In this document: positions 52,577 to 62,709 of the stretch, one piece after another | Layout: each line of letters starts with the position of its first letter | Position numbering within the stretch: the first letter of the stretch is position 1 | NCBI GenBank assembly: GCA_963727715.1 | Contig: CAVSGX010000007.1 | Coordinates: forward strand, 36,688 to 100,687 | Direction of reading: 5' to 3' | Source of the DNA: an uncultured bacterium | Lineage (GTDB): Bacteria; Patescibacteriota; Minisyncoccia; Phycocordibacterales; DATDWN01 | Length of the DNA: 64,000 nt | The notes under the pieces: model-generated | Seen by the model: only the letters and a program-made list of their open reading frames with translations | What the model was told of the DNA's origin: nothing | Databases searched by the model: none | Program-made: the position numbers and the translations under genes

Positions 52577-53374
52577 CTAGGAGTGATGTCTAATTACAAA
52601 TTTCAAAGTTTCCCAAAGTGTTTGAAAACCGTAGGTAACACTGCGTTTAAAATTGATGGAGGAAGCTTCTCTGAAATACCTGACCGGCACAGGAATATCT
52701 CCAATAATATAATTTCCCCTAACCAAAGCAAAAAGCATTTGAGTGTCAAAAACAAAATCATCGGAAAATTTTTCAAAATCAATGTTTTGCAAAACTTCTT
52801 TTTTGTAAGCCCTCATACCGGTGTGCCATTCCGACAAGTTTCTGCCACTGGCCAAATTTTCAATCAGAGACAAAATTCTGTTGGCAAAATATTTGTAACG
52901 AGGCATACCACCGGACACAGCCTCCCTGCGACTGCGGATACGCGAACCAAGCATCACATCAAAATATCCTTCTCTCAAAAATTCAACAAAGTATTTTATC
53001 AATTTTGGATCGTATTGGTAATCTGGATGAAGCATAACCACAATATCCGCTCCATGTTCAATGGCCAGACGGTAACATTTTTTTTGATTTCCTCCATATC
53101 CTTTATTTCTATCGTGGTGGACAATTGTAAATAAAATTTTATTTATATTATTTTTGTTTTCATCCAAAGAAGTGGTTAGTCTGGGGTGACTGGCCACACT
53201 CGATTTTGCTTTTTCAATGGTTTTATCAACCGATGCGTCGTCAACCAAAATTATTTCATCAATAAAATCAAATGGAATATCTGAAATTGTATTTTGCAAA
53301 GTTGCTTCGGCGTTGTAGGCCGGCATAACCACAATGATTTTTCCATGATGAAATTTTGATTTTAACTGAACCAT
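52577..53374 (-). CDS. GT2 glycosyltransferase
   Basis: VVMPAYN, LVDDAS, GYGGNQK, HPDYQY. Confidence 0.9.
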   Translation of the reverse strand: MVQLKSKFHHGKIIVVMPAYNAEATLQNTISDIPFDFIDEIILVDDASVDKTIEKAKSSVASHPRLTTSLDENKNNINKILFTIVHHDRNKGYGGNQKKCYRLAIEHGADIVVMLHPDYQYDPKLIKYFVEFLREGYFDVMLGSRIRSRREAVSGGMPRYKYFANRILSLIENLASGRNLSEWHTGMRAYKKEVLQNIDFEKFSDDFVFDTQMLFALVRGNYIIGDIPVPVRYFREASSINFKRSVTYGFQTLWETLKFVIRHHS

Positions 53375-54492
53375 GGCAGTAAATGATGTGTATAATTAAT
53401 CCAAAGAGACCGGCCAAGAAAAGCCATTGGGGAACCGATTAAAATAACAATGATAAATATTTTTAAAAACTTTCTGGCTTTTTCTTGTTGTTGTGAAGTT
53501 TTCAGAAAACTGAAATTTATTTCTTTGATGAAAGAAAAAATAAAAGATGGTAAGAAAATTTCCCAGATAAATATAATCGGCATAAAATAACGCGTGGCTT
53601 TGAAACGGGCCGAAAGAAATATGATGTAGAGAACGCAAGTCATACCGATTAGAACCATAGTGAAAACCGGAGGGACAACAGATTTTATTTTCTTGCGCAT
53701 TAAAATCAAAATAATGGAAAGAAAAATGGATACAAAAGCAAAAGACGAAATACTTATAACAGACAGAGTGCTCATATATGTCTGAGCATACTCGGCATAA
53801 TGATATAAAATTTTTGAAATCAAATCGTGAATATGTTGAATCGGCATCCACCACATAAACGGATCAAACAACCAGAAAAAGCCGACTGAAATGATTAATG
53901 TATAGAATATTTCTTTCCAATTTGTGACTTTTTTCAAAAGCAAGGCAAAAACAAAAACAGACACCGTGCCTATGTCCGCTCTGGTAGCTACCGAAAGACC
54001 AGCCAATAACGACCAGACGGCAAGCGTTTTTGTGTTAACTTTCTCTTTATTTTTATACAAAAATAAAGTCAATAAACATAAAAGTACAATAAACAAAGAA
54101 ACAACTGCGGATGGCGGAGTCGAAAGTTCGTAAAGAACATCCAAACCAAGAACGCCTAAAATGGAAATCCACCAAAAGTGATCCTTGTCTATTAAATAAC
54201 AAAGCAAACAAATAAAAGCCGAGAGCAAGGCATTAAAAAAAGCTAGAAAAATAATTAATGAGTCATCATAAGATTTACTGAAAAAATTATGAACAAAAAC
54301 AGTACCGTCAATAATAGGACCGCCGGGGTGCCCGTACGCCCAAGCCATGTTGAATTCTTGGCTATCCCCTGTCTGCACATACTGCGCCTGATGCGACCAC
54401 ATACCAAGATCAACAATACCCAGTTCAGATAATGTTACCCACTGGAAAAACCAAACAAACAGAAAAGCTATTATAAAAATATATTTTTTCAT
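53362..54492 (-). CDS. polytopic membrane protein (possible GT-C type)
   Basis: many TM helices; YGHPGGP; adjacent to GT2. Confidence 0.55.
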   Translation of the reverse strand: MKKYIFIIAFLFVWFFQWVTLSELGIVDLGMWSHQAQYVQTGDSQEFNMAWAYGHPGGPIIDGTVFVHNFFSKSYDDSLIIFLAFFNALLSAFICLLCYLIDKDHFWWISILGVLGLDVLYELSTPPSAVVSLFIVLLCLLTLFLYKNKEKVNTKTLAVWSLLAGLSVATRADIGTVSVFVFALLLKKVTNWKEIFYTLIISVGFFWLFDPFMWWMPIQHIHDLISKILYHYAEYAQTYMSTLSVISISSFAFVSIFLSIILILMRKKIKSVVPPVFTMVLIGMTCVLYIIFLSARFKATRYFMPIIFIWEIFLPSFIFSFIKEINFSFLKTSQQQEKARKFLKIFIIVILIGSPMAFLGRSLWINYTHHLLPWFS

Positions 54493-54599
54493 TATTATTG
54501 TTTCTCTGCATTATACTAAAACAGGTTCAGAATTTACAGTGAGAAACTATAAAAAACAGTGTTTTGTAACACTGTTTTTTAAAATTTTCAATATTGAAT

Positions 54600-54881
54600 C
54601 TACTTTGCTGCCGGTGCGCTCTGAGCAGTTACTGGCACTGTTTGACCATACATCATAACAGGTTGCTGGTAGCGCATCATTTCATGATGATAACCATAGC
54701 CACCCTCGAAGGCTGCTTTGAATTCGCCGATTTGTACGCCGAAACCAAAAACCATCAAGATGACGACGATGCCCAAAACCCAGCGCAAAACATGAAAGCC
54801 CATGTGGTGTCCGGTGCATCCGCACATGCCGTTGTGGCATTTGTGGCCGTACCAATTTTGTTGCTGTTCGTTTTCTTGCAT
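54600..54881 (-). CDS. small His/Met-rich membrane protein
   Basis: ORF with one TM helix. Confidence 0.55.
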   Translation of the reverse strand: MQENEQQQNWYGHKCHNGMCGCTGHHMGFHVLRWVLGIVVILMVFGFGVQIGEFKAAFEGGYGYHHEMMRYQQPVMMYGQTVPVTAQSAPAAK

Positions 54882-54952
54882 ATTTTAAAATTATTAATTG
54901 ATAATGTGCATTAATTGTATCATAAAAAATTAAAATGCAAATTTTTTATTCT

Positions 54953-56203
54953 TTATTCATATCTTAATGCCTCAATTGGATCAAGTTTAGCCGCTTCACG
55001 GGCCGGGAAAACACCGAAGAAAATGCCGATGGCCGCCGAAACGCCGAAAGCCAAGACGATAGCGTAAACGGGGACCGAAAAACTCCAAGCCAAATGAGTT
55101 GAAGTAGCGATAATCGATACCAACCAACCAAGAACAGCTCCTAAACAGATGCCGACCAATCCTCCGGCCACTGTGACCAAAATGGCTTCAATTAAAAATT
55201 CGTTTAAAATGTCCGACTCGGTCGCTCCAAGAGCTTTTTTCAAACCGATTTCGGAGGTGCGTTCGGTCACCACCACATACATAATGTTCATAATACCCAC
55301 TCCGCCAACTATGAGAGAAATGGTGGCAATGGCGATGAGCAAATAGGTAATGCCGTTGAAAATAGTGTTGAATGTATCCATAGCCTGGGCTTGTGATTGA
55401 ACTGAAAAATCGTCTTTGGCCGGATCAGTGATGTTGTGATTGTGTTCCATTAAAGATGTGATCTGCACAACAGTGGCATCGGCCGAGTTCATATCGGAAA
55501 TTTCCACAATGCCGACTGATATGTAATCTATACCGAGCATTTTTCTTTGGGCCGTAACAAGCGGTATAAAAACAATGTCATCAGATTCGGACAAAGCACC
55601 TTGCGGAGTGTAAACACCGACAACTTGAAAATTCAAATTGCCAAGTCTAAACAGTTTGCCAATTGGGTCATCTTGCCCAAAAAGATCCTTGGCCACCGTG
55701 GCTCCCAAAATAGCTACTTGTGACCCACCGTCATCCTCGCTTTGAGTATAAAATCGTCCCTCGGCTAAAGTAGTTTTATCAATGTTAAATCTTTCCGCTC
55801 CGGCACCGTAATAAATAAGGCTTTTTTTGTTGTCGCGATAGCTGGCAAAAGCTTGACCGGTGACAATTCCATAATCATCCACAACGCCGGATAATTTTTT
55901 AATGTCATCCAGATCGCGTTGTTTGAAACTGGAAATGGTCACACCGGAAAAGGCCGACGAGATGCCGGCTTGCGATGCTGAAGCGGCGCGGTTTTTAGTT
56001 GTCGGCGGAACGCGAATTTTGATAAACAGAGTGTTGCTGCCAAAAGTTTGCACCTGCGCGTTGATTAGTGACCGAAACCCTTCGCCGGCCGACAACACCA
56101 AAATGACAGTGGCGATACCGATGACAATACCAAGCATGGTCAGAGCTGTCCTGACTCGATTGGCCCGCAAGGCCTTGATGGATTGTTTGATGGCAGTTAG
56201 CAT
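54953..56203 (-). CDS. MacB-like ABC permease
   Basis: RTALTMLGIVIG..ERTSEIGLKKA..LDPIEALRYE. Confidence 0.92.
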   Translation of the reverse strand: MLTAIKQSIKALRANRVRTALTMLGIVIGIATVILVLSAGEGFRSLINAQVQTFGSNTLFIKIRVPPTTKNRAASASQAGISSAFSGVTISSFKQRDLDDIKKLSGVVDDYGIVTGQAFASYRDNKKSLIYYGAGAERFNIDKTTLAEGRFYTQSEDDGGSQVAILGATVAKDLFGQDDPIGKLFRLGNLNFQVVGVYTPQGALSESDDIVFIPLVTAQRKMLGIDYISVGIVEISDMNSADATVVQITSLMEHNHNITDPAKDDFSVQSQAQAMDTFNTIFNGITYLLIAIATISLIVGGVGIMNIMYVVVTERTSEIGLKKALGATESDILNEFLIEAILVTVAGGLVGICLGAVLGWLVSIIATSTHLAWSFSVPVYAIVLAFGVSAAIGIFFGVFPAREAAKLDPIEALRYE

Positions 56204-56254
56204 TTTGATTTTTGTATTTTTACTTATTACCTCTTACTCCTTACTTTTTGTTTT

Positions 56255-57526
56255 CTATTCATATCTCAACGCTTCAATCGGATCCAATTTGGCCGCTTTG
56301 AAAGATGGGTAAAGACCGAAAACCACGCCAGTCAAAATACTAACACTGACAGCTGAAATGATTGACCATGGCGAAATGACAAAGGCCCAGTCGTAGCCGA
56401 GATGTTGCATAAGAATAGCCATCAGAAATGAAATAATCACACCAACTATGATACCGATTGCCCCACCCAAAGAAGTCAAGGTGCCGGCTTCAAGCAAAAA
56501 TTGCTTCATTATGTTTCCACTTGTTGCCCCGACGGCTTTGCGTAAACCTATTTCGCGAGTGCGTTCAGCCACAGTCACCAACATAATGTTAAGAATGCCG
56601 ATACCACCGACGAGAAGAGCGATGGCAGCCATTGATGTCAGAAACAAACTCAAAGCATCAGTAATCGTTTTGAGGAGCGATACCGCCGTATCGGTGCTAC
56701 GCACGGTGAAATCAATGTTATCGGCACTTTGGATGTGGTGCATTTGGGTCATTACTCTGGTTACGTCATCTATTGTTTGACTGACATCGTCCGCTGAATC
56801 AACTTTCAGATTAATGGCTTGTAAATGGTGGACGCCAAGAAGTTGCTCCTGCCCAATAGTTAAAGGTAAAAACAACTGGTCATCCATATCTTGAAAAAAA
56901 ACCGTACCACGAGGAGAAACTACACCAACCACTCGCAGTGGCACACCACCGGGCTCTGTTTGCGAAGCGTTGCGCACTTTGATCACCTGCCCTATCGGAT
57001 CAACACCTGTGCCATCAAAAAGTTCGCTGGCCACCGTTGAACCAAGCACTACAACATTGGCTCCTCCGTCAGCATCATTGCCTGCCATAAATTGACCCTC
57101 TCTCATAGTGAAATTCATCACACCTGAATAGCCAGAATCGGTGCCGACAAAATTGGTGTCAACGCTTTTGTTTTGCCAAGCCACTGTGGCTGTGCCTCTG
57201 ACCATGGCATTGACTGCCACGGCATGTGGCACATTGGTGGGAGAACGCAAAGCCTCGGCGTCGGAGTTAACCAGTGTTGTGATGACAATGCCAAAAACCT
57301 GCGCCGGCGGGCCTTTCGGGTCGCTTTGCCCCGGTTGAATGGACAAAAGATTACTGCCGAGCTTGTTCACTTGACCCAAAACCAGAGATTGCGCTCCAGC
57401 GCCGAGTGAAATGATAATAATCACACCAGCCACACCGATAATAATGCCAAGCATCGTCAAAACAGACCGGCCCTTGCGGGCCAAAAGGTTGCGAATGGTC
57501 ATTTTGATGGTGGAGAGAAAATTCAT
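56255..57526 (-). CDS. MacB-like ABC permease
   Basis: RSVLTMLGIIIG..ERTREIGLRKA..LDPIEALRYE. Confidence 0.92.
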   Translation of the reverse strand: MNFLSTIKMTIRNLLARKGRSVLTMLGIIIGVAGVIIIISLGAGAQSLVLGQVNKLGSNLLSIQPGQSDPKGPPAQVFGIVITTLVNSDAEALRSPTNVPHAVAVNAMVRGTATVAWQNKSVDTNFVGTDSGYSGVMNFTMREGQFMAGNDADGGANVVVLGSTVASELFDGTGVDPIGQVIKVRNASQTEPGGVPLRVVGVVSPRGTVFFQDMDDQLFLPLTIGQEQLLGVHHLQAINLKVDSADDVSQTIDDVTRVMTQMHHIQSADNIDFTVRSTDTAVSLLKTITDALSLFLTSMAAIALLVGGIGILNIMLVTVAERTREIGLRKAVGATSGNIMKQFLLEAGTLTSLGGAIGIIVGVIISFLMAILMQHLGYDWAFVISPWSIISAVSVSILTGVVFGLYPSFKAAKLDPIEALRYE

Positions 57527-57591
57527 GATAAGTTATAAAATCAGAAAATTACGATCTTATTATTTTCTTTTTGAAAATATTTTTGTTATTT

Positions 57592-58308
57592 TTATTTCCG
57601 GAGTACCCCATCATCTGAAGCAATGGTGCGCTTTAGCACTTTTTCGTCACCGACGATCAGGCCGTCTTTGATGTGAATGATGCGTTTGGCGTGATTGGCT
57701 GTGTCCATTTCGTGGGTGACCAAAATAATAGTGCGACCGGAGTCGTTTAATTTTTGCAAAATTTCCAGCACAGCATTGCCGGACTTTGAGTCTAGGTTAC
57801 CCGTAGGCTCGTCGGCAAAAATAACCGCTGGATCGCAGACCAAAGCCCGAGCGATGGCTACGCGCTGTTTTTCTCCGCCGGAAATTTGGTTTGTAAAATA
57901 ATCCAGGCGATGCGAAAGCCCGACATCAGCCAGCGCCTTGCGCGCCAAGTCGTCCTGATTTTTTTTCTTGCTGTAAATCAGTGGCAATTTAACATTATCC
58001 AAAACGGTCGTACGCGGAAGAAGATTAAAAGATTGAAAAACGAAACCAATTTTTTCGTTGCGAAGTTTGGCCAGATAATTTTTGTCAAAATTTTTGGTAT
58101 CTTCTCCTTCAAACTCAAAAAACCCGCTAGTTGGTCTATCCAGAAAAGAAAGGATGTGCATCAAGGTTGATTTGCCGGAGCCGGACGGTCCCATGATGGC
58201 CACAAATTCGCCGAGCTCCATCCGAAAATCCACGCCGTGCAAAACCGGCGTCAGAACGCCGTCATTTTCGTAATCCTTTTTCAAATTTTCAACATTTATT
58301 AAAGACAT
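57592..58308 (-). CDS. ABC ATP-binding protein (LolD/MacB type)
   Basis: [24 protein letters not shown]. Confidence 0.95.
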   Translation of the reverse strand: MSLINVENLKKDYENDGVLTPVLHGVDFRMELGEFVAIMGPSGSGKSTLMHILSFLDRPTSGFFEFEGEDTKNFDKNYLAKLRNEKIGFVFQSFNLLPRTTVLDNVKLPLIYSKKKNQDDLARKALADVGLSHRLDYFTNQISGGEKQRVAIARALVCDPAVIFADEPTGNLDSKSGNAVLEILQKLNDSGRTIILVTHEMDTANHAKRIIHIKDGLIVGDEKVLKRTIASDDGVLRK

Positions 58309-58311
58309 TAA

Positions 58312-59907
58312 TTATTTCATATATGTCACGATTTTCTGCCCTTCCGAAAGCCCGCTTATAATTTCGGTCAGTCCACCGTCGGCTTCAAGGCCGGTTTTTA
58401 CTTCCACTAAATGATAGGTGTTTTTCTTCGAGTCATCTATTACTTTGACATATTGCCCATTGCTTTGATTGATAATGGCGCTGGACGGAACAGCCAAAAC
58501 ATTTGTCGTCGAAGCAACCAAAATGGTCATGTTGGCGGTCATGCCCGGTTTTACATCAGGGATGTTATTCAGTGACCCAGTCACTTTGTAATCAACCACA
58601 CCGGAAATGACGACAGACGCCGGATTTACGGTCAGCACTTTGCTTGTGAAATGTTGGTTTGGGCCAAGCGCGTCAAATGTGTTGTCGATGGATTGTCCCA
58701 CCGCCACCGAAGCAATATCCGCTTCACTGACATCGGCTTCTGTGTGAAGATTGCCTACATCCTGCAAAATCATAACTTCCTTTAGTGCTTGTGCTTGTTC
58801 TCCAAGCTTCACGTCTACTTGGGTGATCGTTCCGTTTGTTGGGGCGCGCAGAACGGTATTGTTTAAATTGGCCTGTGCCAAATCCACTTGACCTTGAGCG
58901 GACAAAACTTGAGCCTGAGCAATATCCAAATCCTCGGTGCGGGCTGGAGCTTGTTTTAGCGAAAGCACCGCATTGGCCGAGTCCAGTGAAGATTGGGCGC
59001 TACGCACAGCTTGGCTCTCGTTTATTAGCGTCGTGGAAAGGCTGTCAATGGTCGTTTTGGCCGATGTCACAGCTGTTTGATCCGCTGTCAAAATTGTTTG
59101 GCTACCGCTTGAGGTTAGTTGGGTATAACTGCTCAAAATGTTTATAACATCCGCAAGATAATTGCTAACATTGGAAAGATATGACAGTGAATCGGAGACA
59201 ACTTTATCAACATTGTCATTTGAAACACTAACCACTTCGGTCTGCCAAATCGGAAGAATTGAATTTATTGTCACACGTTCATTGTTTACATTGCTGACAA
59301 GTTGCTGATTGGTTTGGACTGTCCCGGCAATGCCGAATTGCGGGGATGAAGATTGTGGATTGGAAAATAAATTGTTAGTGGCGGACAAAACAGTTGTATT
59401 GGCGCTACTTTGAGCCAATGAAAGTTCGTTCAACAAATCTTGTTTGGCATTAAGAAGCGTTGTAGAGGCAACTTCAACCGCAGCTTGACTGACTGCTACG
59501 TCCTGCGGAGTGGCCGCCGCCAAAATCTTCTCGTAATTGGCCTTGGCGGAAGCCAGAGACCCCTGCGCGCTGTGAAGCGAAGCCAAAGCGTTGCTCTGAT
59601 CCAAAGTGGCCAAAACCTGCCCGGCATAGACTTTGTCACCCTCGGCCACATTGAGCGACTCAACCACCCCAGTAGTTTGAAAACTCAAATCCAAATCTGT
59701 TGAGCTGACCACTTGGCCGGTAGTTAAAACGGTTTTTTGCAAATCTTGCCTTTGGACCACACCTGTTTGAATGCCAGAAGCCAAACCACCACGACCAAAA
59801 AGCAAAAACCATCCGCCAAAAACAACAACGAGAATCACAATCGTCCAAATTACCCTTTTTTGCATCAGAAAAGTTTTTATTCTCATTATCATTGTTGCGG
59901 TTTGCAT
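58312..59907 (-). CDS. MacA/HlyD-type periplasmic adaptor
   Basis: V.EGD.V.AGQVLA, LRAPTNG, VKPGMTAN. Confidence 0.88.
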   Translation of the reverse strand: MQTATMIMRIKTFLMQKRVIWTIVILVVVFGGWFLLFGRGGLASGIQTGVVQRQDLQKTVLTTGQVVSSTDLDLSFQTTGVVESLNVAEGDKVYAGQVLATLDQSNALASLHSAQGSLASAKANYEKILAAATPQDVAVSQAAVEVASTTLLNAKQDLLNELSLAQSSANTTVLSATNNLFSNPQSSSPQFGIAGTVQTNQQLVSNVNNERVTINSILPIWQTEVVSVSNDNVDKVVSDSLSYLSNVSNYLADVINILSSYTQLTSSGSQTILTADQTAVTSAKTTIDSLSTTLINESQAVRSAQSSLDSANAVLSLKQAPARTEDLDIAQAQVLSAQGQVDLAQANLNNTVLRAPTNGTITQVDVKLGEQAQALKEVMILQDVGNLHTEADVSEADIASVAVGQSIDNTFDALGPNQHFTSKVLTVNPASVVISGVVDYKVTGSLNNIPDVKPGMTANMTILVASTTNVLAVPSSAIINQSNGQYVKVIDDSKKNTYHLVEVKTGLEADGGLTEIISGLSEGQKIVTYMK

Positions 59908-59972
59908 TTTGTTTTTGATTTTAATTAGCGATTGATGATAAAAGTATAACCTAAAAGTAAACTGGATTCAAC

Positions 59973-61025
59973 CTACAAAAATCTCTTTATAAAAGTTTTT
60001 GTCTTTCTGGCACGACAATGAGATATTGTCCCCAAATATGAAGTCAAAACACTTTTCAGGTTTTCTTCTGATACTAAGCCTTTTTCAAACTGTTTTCTTA
60101 TTATTTTTATTTTCCTGACAATTCTCCTTTTTGTCCGTGTCCGCAAAACAACCATATGTGACAAAATAACATAACCCAAAAAATCAATTCCTCGTTGTAT
60201 TGGCCGAATTTCAACTTTTTTCGGGTGAAGATCCAATAATAAATTTTCGTGCAAAAAATTCCCGATTTTTTTCATAATTTCAAAAAGAAAATCTCTGTTT
60301 TTATGAATAATAATAAAATCGTCGCAATATCTGAAATAATATTTCAATTTCAGTTGGTGTTTTACAAACTGATCCAGCTTATCTAGATAAATATTTGCAA
60401 ACAGCTGGCTGGTCACATTGCCGAGTGGCAAACCCTTATCTTTTTCTTTCTCAAAACTTTTGAAAAGCATACTAACAAGCCACATTGTTTCTTGACATTG
60501 CACCTTTTTCTCAATTAAATTTCGTAAAATAGAATGATCAATGCAATCAAAAAATTTCCTGACATCGCATTTTAAAACATATGTTTTGATTTTCCAATTT
60601 TTGCTGACTTTGCGACAAGCTTTGTATGTTCTCTTTACACCAAGATGTGTCCCGCGCAATTTTCGAGATGAATACGAATCATAAATAAAATGTTTGTTAA
60701 AAATCGGATACAAAATCTGAAAAACTGCTTGATGGATAACTCTGTCGCGCACGGATGCTTTATGTATGTGCCGTCGTTTCGGGTCGGATATGTAAAAATC
60801 GACGTATTTGTCGTGCCGATATTTTTTTGAAATCAAATCTTCGTGCAATTGAAAAATATTTTCTTCCAAATGTAGTTCAAATTCACCAACACCTTTTTTA
60901 TTTTTCTTTCCTCTTTTAAATTCGTTCCAGGCTTTGAGCAAATTTGATATACTTGAAATATTATGAAACAGATTTTCAATAATGTGTCCCCCCCCCGCGC
61001 GCGGTAACAGTGATATTTCCATCAT
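59973..61025 (-). CDS. DGR reverse transcriptase
   Basis: PKRR, RDRVIHQA, GTH, KCDVRKFF, GLPLGNVTSQ, RYCDD, IDFLGY. Confidence 0.95.
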   Translation of the reverse strand: MMEISLLPRAGGGHIIENLFHNISSISNLLKAWNEFKRGKKNKKGVGEFELHLEENIFQLHEDLISKKYRHDKYVDFYISDPKRRHIHKASVRDRVIHQAVFQILYPIFNKHFIYDSYSSRKLRGTHLGVKRTYKACRKVSKNWKIKTYVLKCDVRKFFDCIDHSILRNLIEKKVQCQETMWLVSMLFKSFEKEKDKGLPLGNVTSQLFANIYLDKLDQFVKHQLKLKYYFRYCDDFIIIHKNRDFLFEIMKKIGNFLHENLLLDLHPKKVEIRPIQRGIDFLGYVILSHMVVLRTRTKRRIVRKIKIIRKQFEKGLVSEENLKSVLTSYLGTISHCRARKTKTFIKRFL

Positions 61026-61371
61026 TCATAATATAAAACAAGTATACATTGTTATTTATCAGACTGGCAAAAAACTTTCCAAATCCGACAAACTCGGTAT
61101 CCACACCCACTGCGAACAAATCACACGAGACATATTGCAAAAATTTATCACAGCCAAATTTTCTCCAACGAATAAAAAGTTGGAAGTGTTGGAAGGTGCG
61201 CGTATATTACTTGAAGTCTTGAAACACTTTATTCGGACAGAATATGAATTGAAAATTATTGACGAAAAAACATATATCAAAATTGGGATGCTCGTGGTTG
61301 AGAATTCAAAAATGACAAATGGTTGGATAAAATATATTCAAAATCCACACCCACAAAAAACTCCGGCCTAA
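60982..61371 (+). CDS. Avd-like four-helix-bundle accessory protein (antisense to RT and TR)
   Basis: 129-aa basic helical protein: KSDKLGI..K..L..A...LEVLK..IR....K.I....Y......MTNGWIK. Confidence 0.8.
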   Translation: MCPPPARGNSDISIIHNIKQVYIVIYQTGKKLSKSDKLGIHTHCEQITRDILQKFITAKFSPTNKKLEVLEGARILLEVLKHFIRTEYELKIIDEKTYIKIGMLVVENSKMTNGWIKYIQNPHPQKTPA

Positions 61372-61397
61372 ACCGGAATATTTTGAAAAACTTCTGA

Positions 61398-61510
61398 ACG
61401 AAGACCATTCGTCGGGTTGGAGTTGTCCAGACTGTACCGGTTCACCTTCACCTTACCAGTGTTCGGATTGAAGTACACGTTCGGGATGTCGCCGTCGGAA
61501 TTGCGAGAAC
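61398..61510 (-). repeat. DGR template repeat (TR)
   Basis: 113 bp; minus strand is AAC/AAT-rich (SRNSDGDIPNVYFNPNTGKVKVNRYSLDNSNPTNGLR); differs from VR only at adenines. Confidence 0.95.
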
Positions 61511-61756
61511 AGTCTTTTTGTGAATATTCGTCCGTAAAATTTGAACTTGATTAATTTTCAAGCAAATTTTTTCACCGAGCTTCTGTTTCCAAAAACTCTG
61601 GGTTATCCATCACCGTCGGTGAGCATTGTGTTGCATCTTAACGCATAGAGTAATCTATGCATAAATATTCACAAGCAGTTTTTTATGTTGGCAAACTATC
61701 ATCAAACTTTTTGAAAAGTTAGACTAGCTTAACAGCCATTTTCAGTATACAAAAAC

Positions 61757-61788
61757 ACCCCTCACCAATGCAAGCATTGGTGAGGGGT
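61757..61788. other. perfect inverted repeat downstream of VR (DGR hairpin/cruciform and/or terminator)
   Basis: acccctcaccaatgc-aa-gcattggtgaggggt. Confidence 0.8.
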
Positions 61789-61809
61789 AGAAGAGAAAAA
61801 GTAAAAAGG

Positions 61810-62554
61810 TTAAAGGGAAACTGCTTCACGAAGACCATTCGTCGGGATGGAGTAGTCCAGACTGTACCGGTTCACCTTCACCTCGACCAGCGCACGGATA
61901 GAAGTACACGAACGGGATGTCGCCGTCGGAATAGCGAGAACCGGCACAGAACGTGATACCCTTTTCATCGAGATGTTTTCCTGTCTCGACAAAATACTTG
62001 AGCCCAAGCACCATTCTTTCGAGCAAAGTCATGCCGACCTTGCCAGTCGGGTCGGCCTGACGGGTAGATTGACCGAGATACTTCTCGTCCGGTTCCACAC
62101 CGTCGCGAACCCAGATAGCGTAGCTCGTGGCCGAGGTCCGAGTGTTGACTGTCACACTCGCGTCCAAGTCCTCGACGTATGTCCAGACCTTGAACTTGGC
62201 CCGCATAACTGCGAGTGTTTGGTTCATTGTGAGCCCCGCCCAAATGAAAACGAGACGCCACGAACCCTCAGTTGGCTTTCCCGGGATCCTCACCGTCGAG
62301 AAGTCGGCATAGATCTTGAAGAGGTCAAGATAGAACTTCTCCCACTCGGCACGAGTATCGGCGAATTCGTCGATTGCGATTTCGAACACTTCCTGTAATT
62401 TGCGTCGCAGAACAGTGTCCTTGTGCGTGAGCAGGTTCTGTACCTGCTCGAACGAAAGTTTCGCCAACACGCCGGCGACGAAGCTGGCGAGAGCGAGAAG
62501 CATCTCCACTGTTGGCCTCTTGGCCATGGAGGTTTGTCCTGTCTTATGTGACAT
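61810..62554 (-). CDS. DGR target protein with C-terminal CLec-like variable region (+1 frameshift inside VR)
   Basis: GAGG RBS before MSHKT; TR-equivalent frame ends VKVNRYSLDYSIPTNGLREAVSL* at 61810. Confidence 0.88.
61828..61941 (-). repeat. DGR variable repeat (VR)
   Basis: 114 bp; 10 substitutions and 1 inserted base relative to TR, all at TR adenines. Confidence 0.95.
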
Positions 62555-62660
62555 TTTGTTCCTCTTTTTTTGTTTGTATGCCGACCATCTCTGATTCAGG
62601 TCAGCAGATTGTGAAGAAACGAAAAATGACGCTATCAAACGCCATTTGAAATCTGGCTAC

Positions 62661-62689
62661 ATTATACACCTAACTAAATTTCCTGTCAA
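62661..62689 (-). promoter_or_regulatory. consensus sigma70 promoter of the DGR target gene
   Basis: TTGACA-17 nt-TATAAT on the minus strand. Confidence 0.8.
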
Positions 62690-62709
62690 GTAGTTAAAGA
62701 ATCTATATT

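Noticed and set aside
34838-58308. Repeated sequences among macB and ABC ATPase genes
   Set aside because: Explained by paralogous conserved protein motifs.
59973-61025. Group II intron or retron RT
   Set aside because: No maturase/endonuclease domain or intron structure seen; the TR/VR pair and Avd-like gene identify a DGR.
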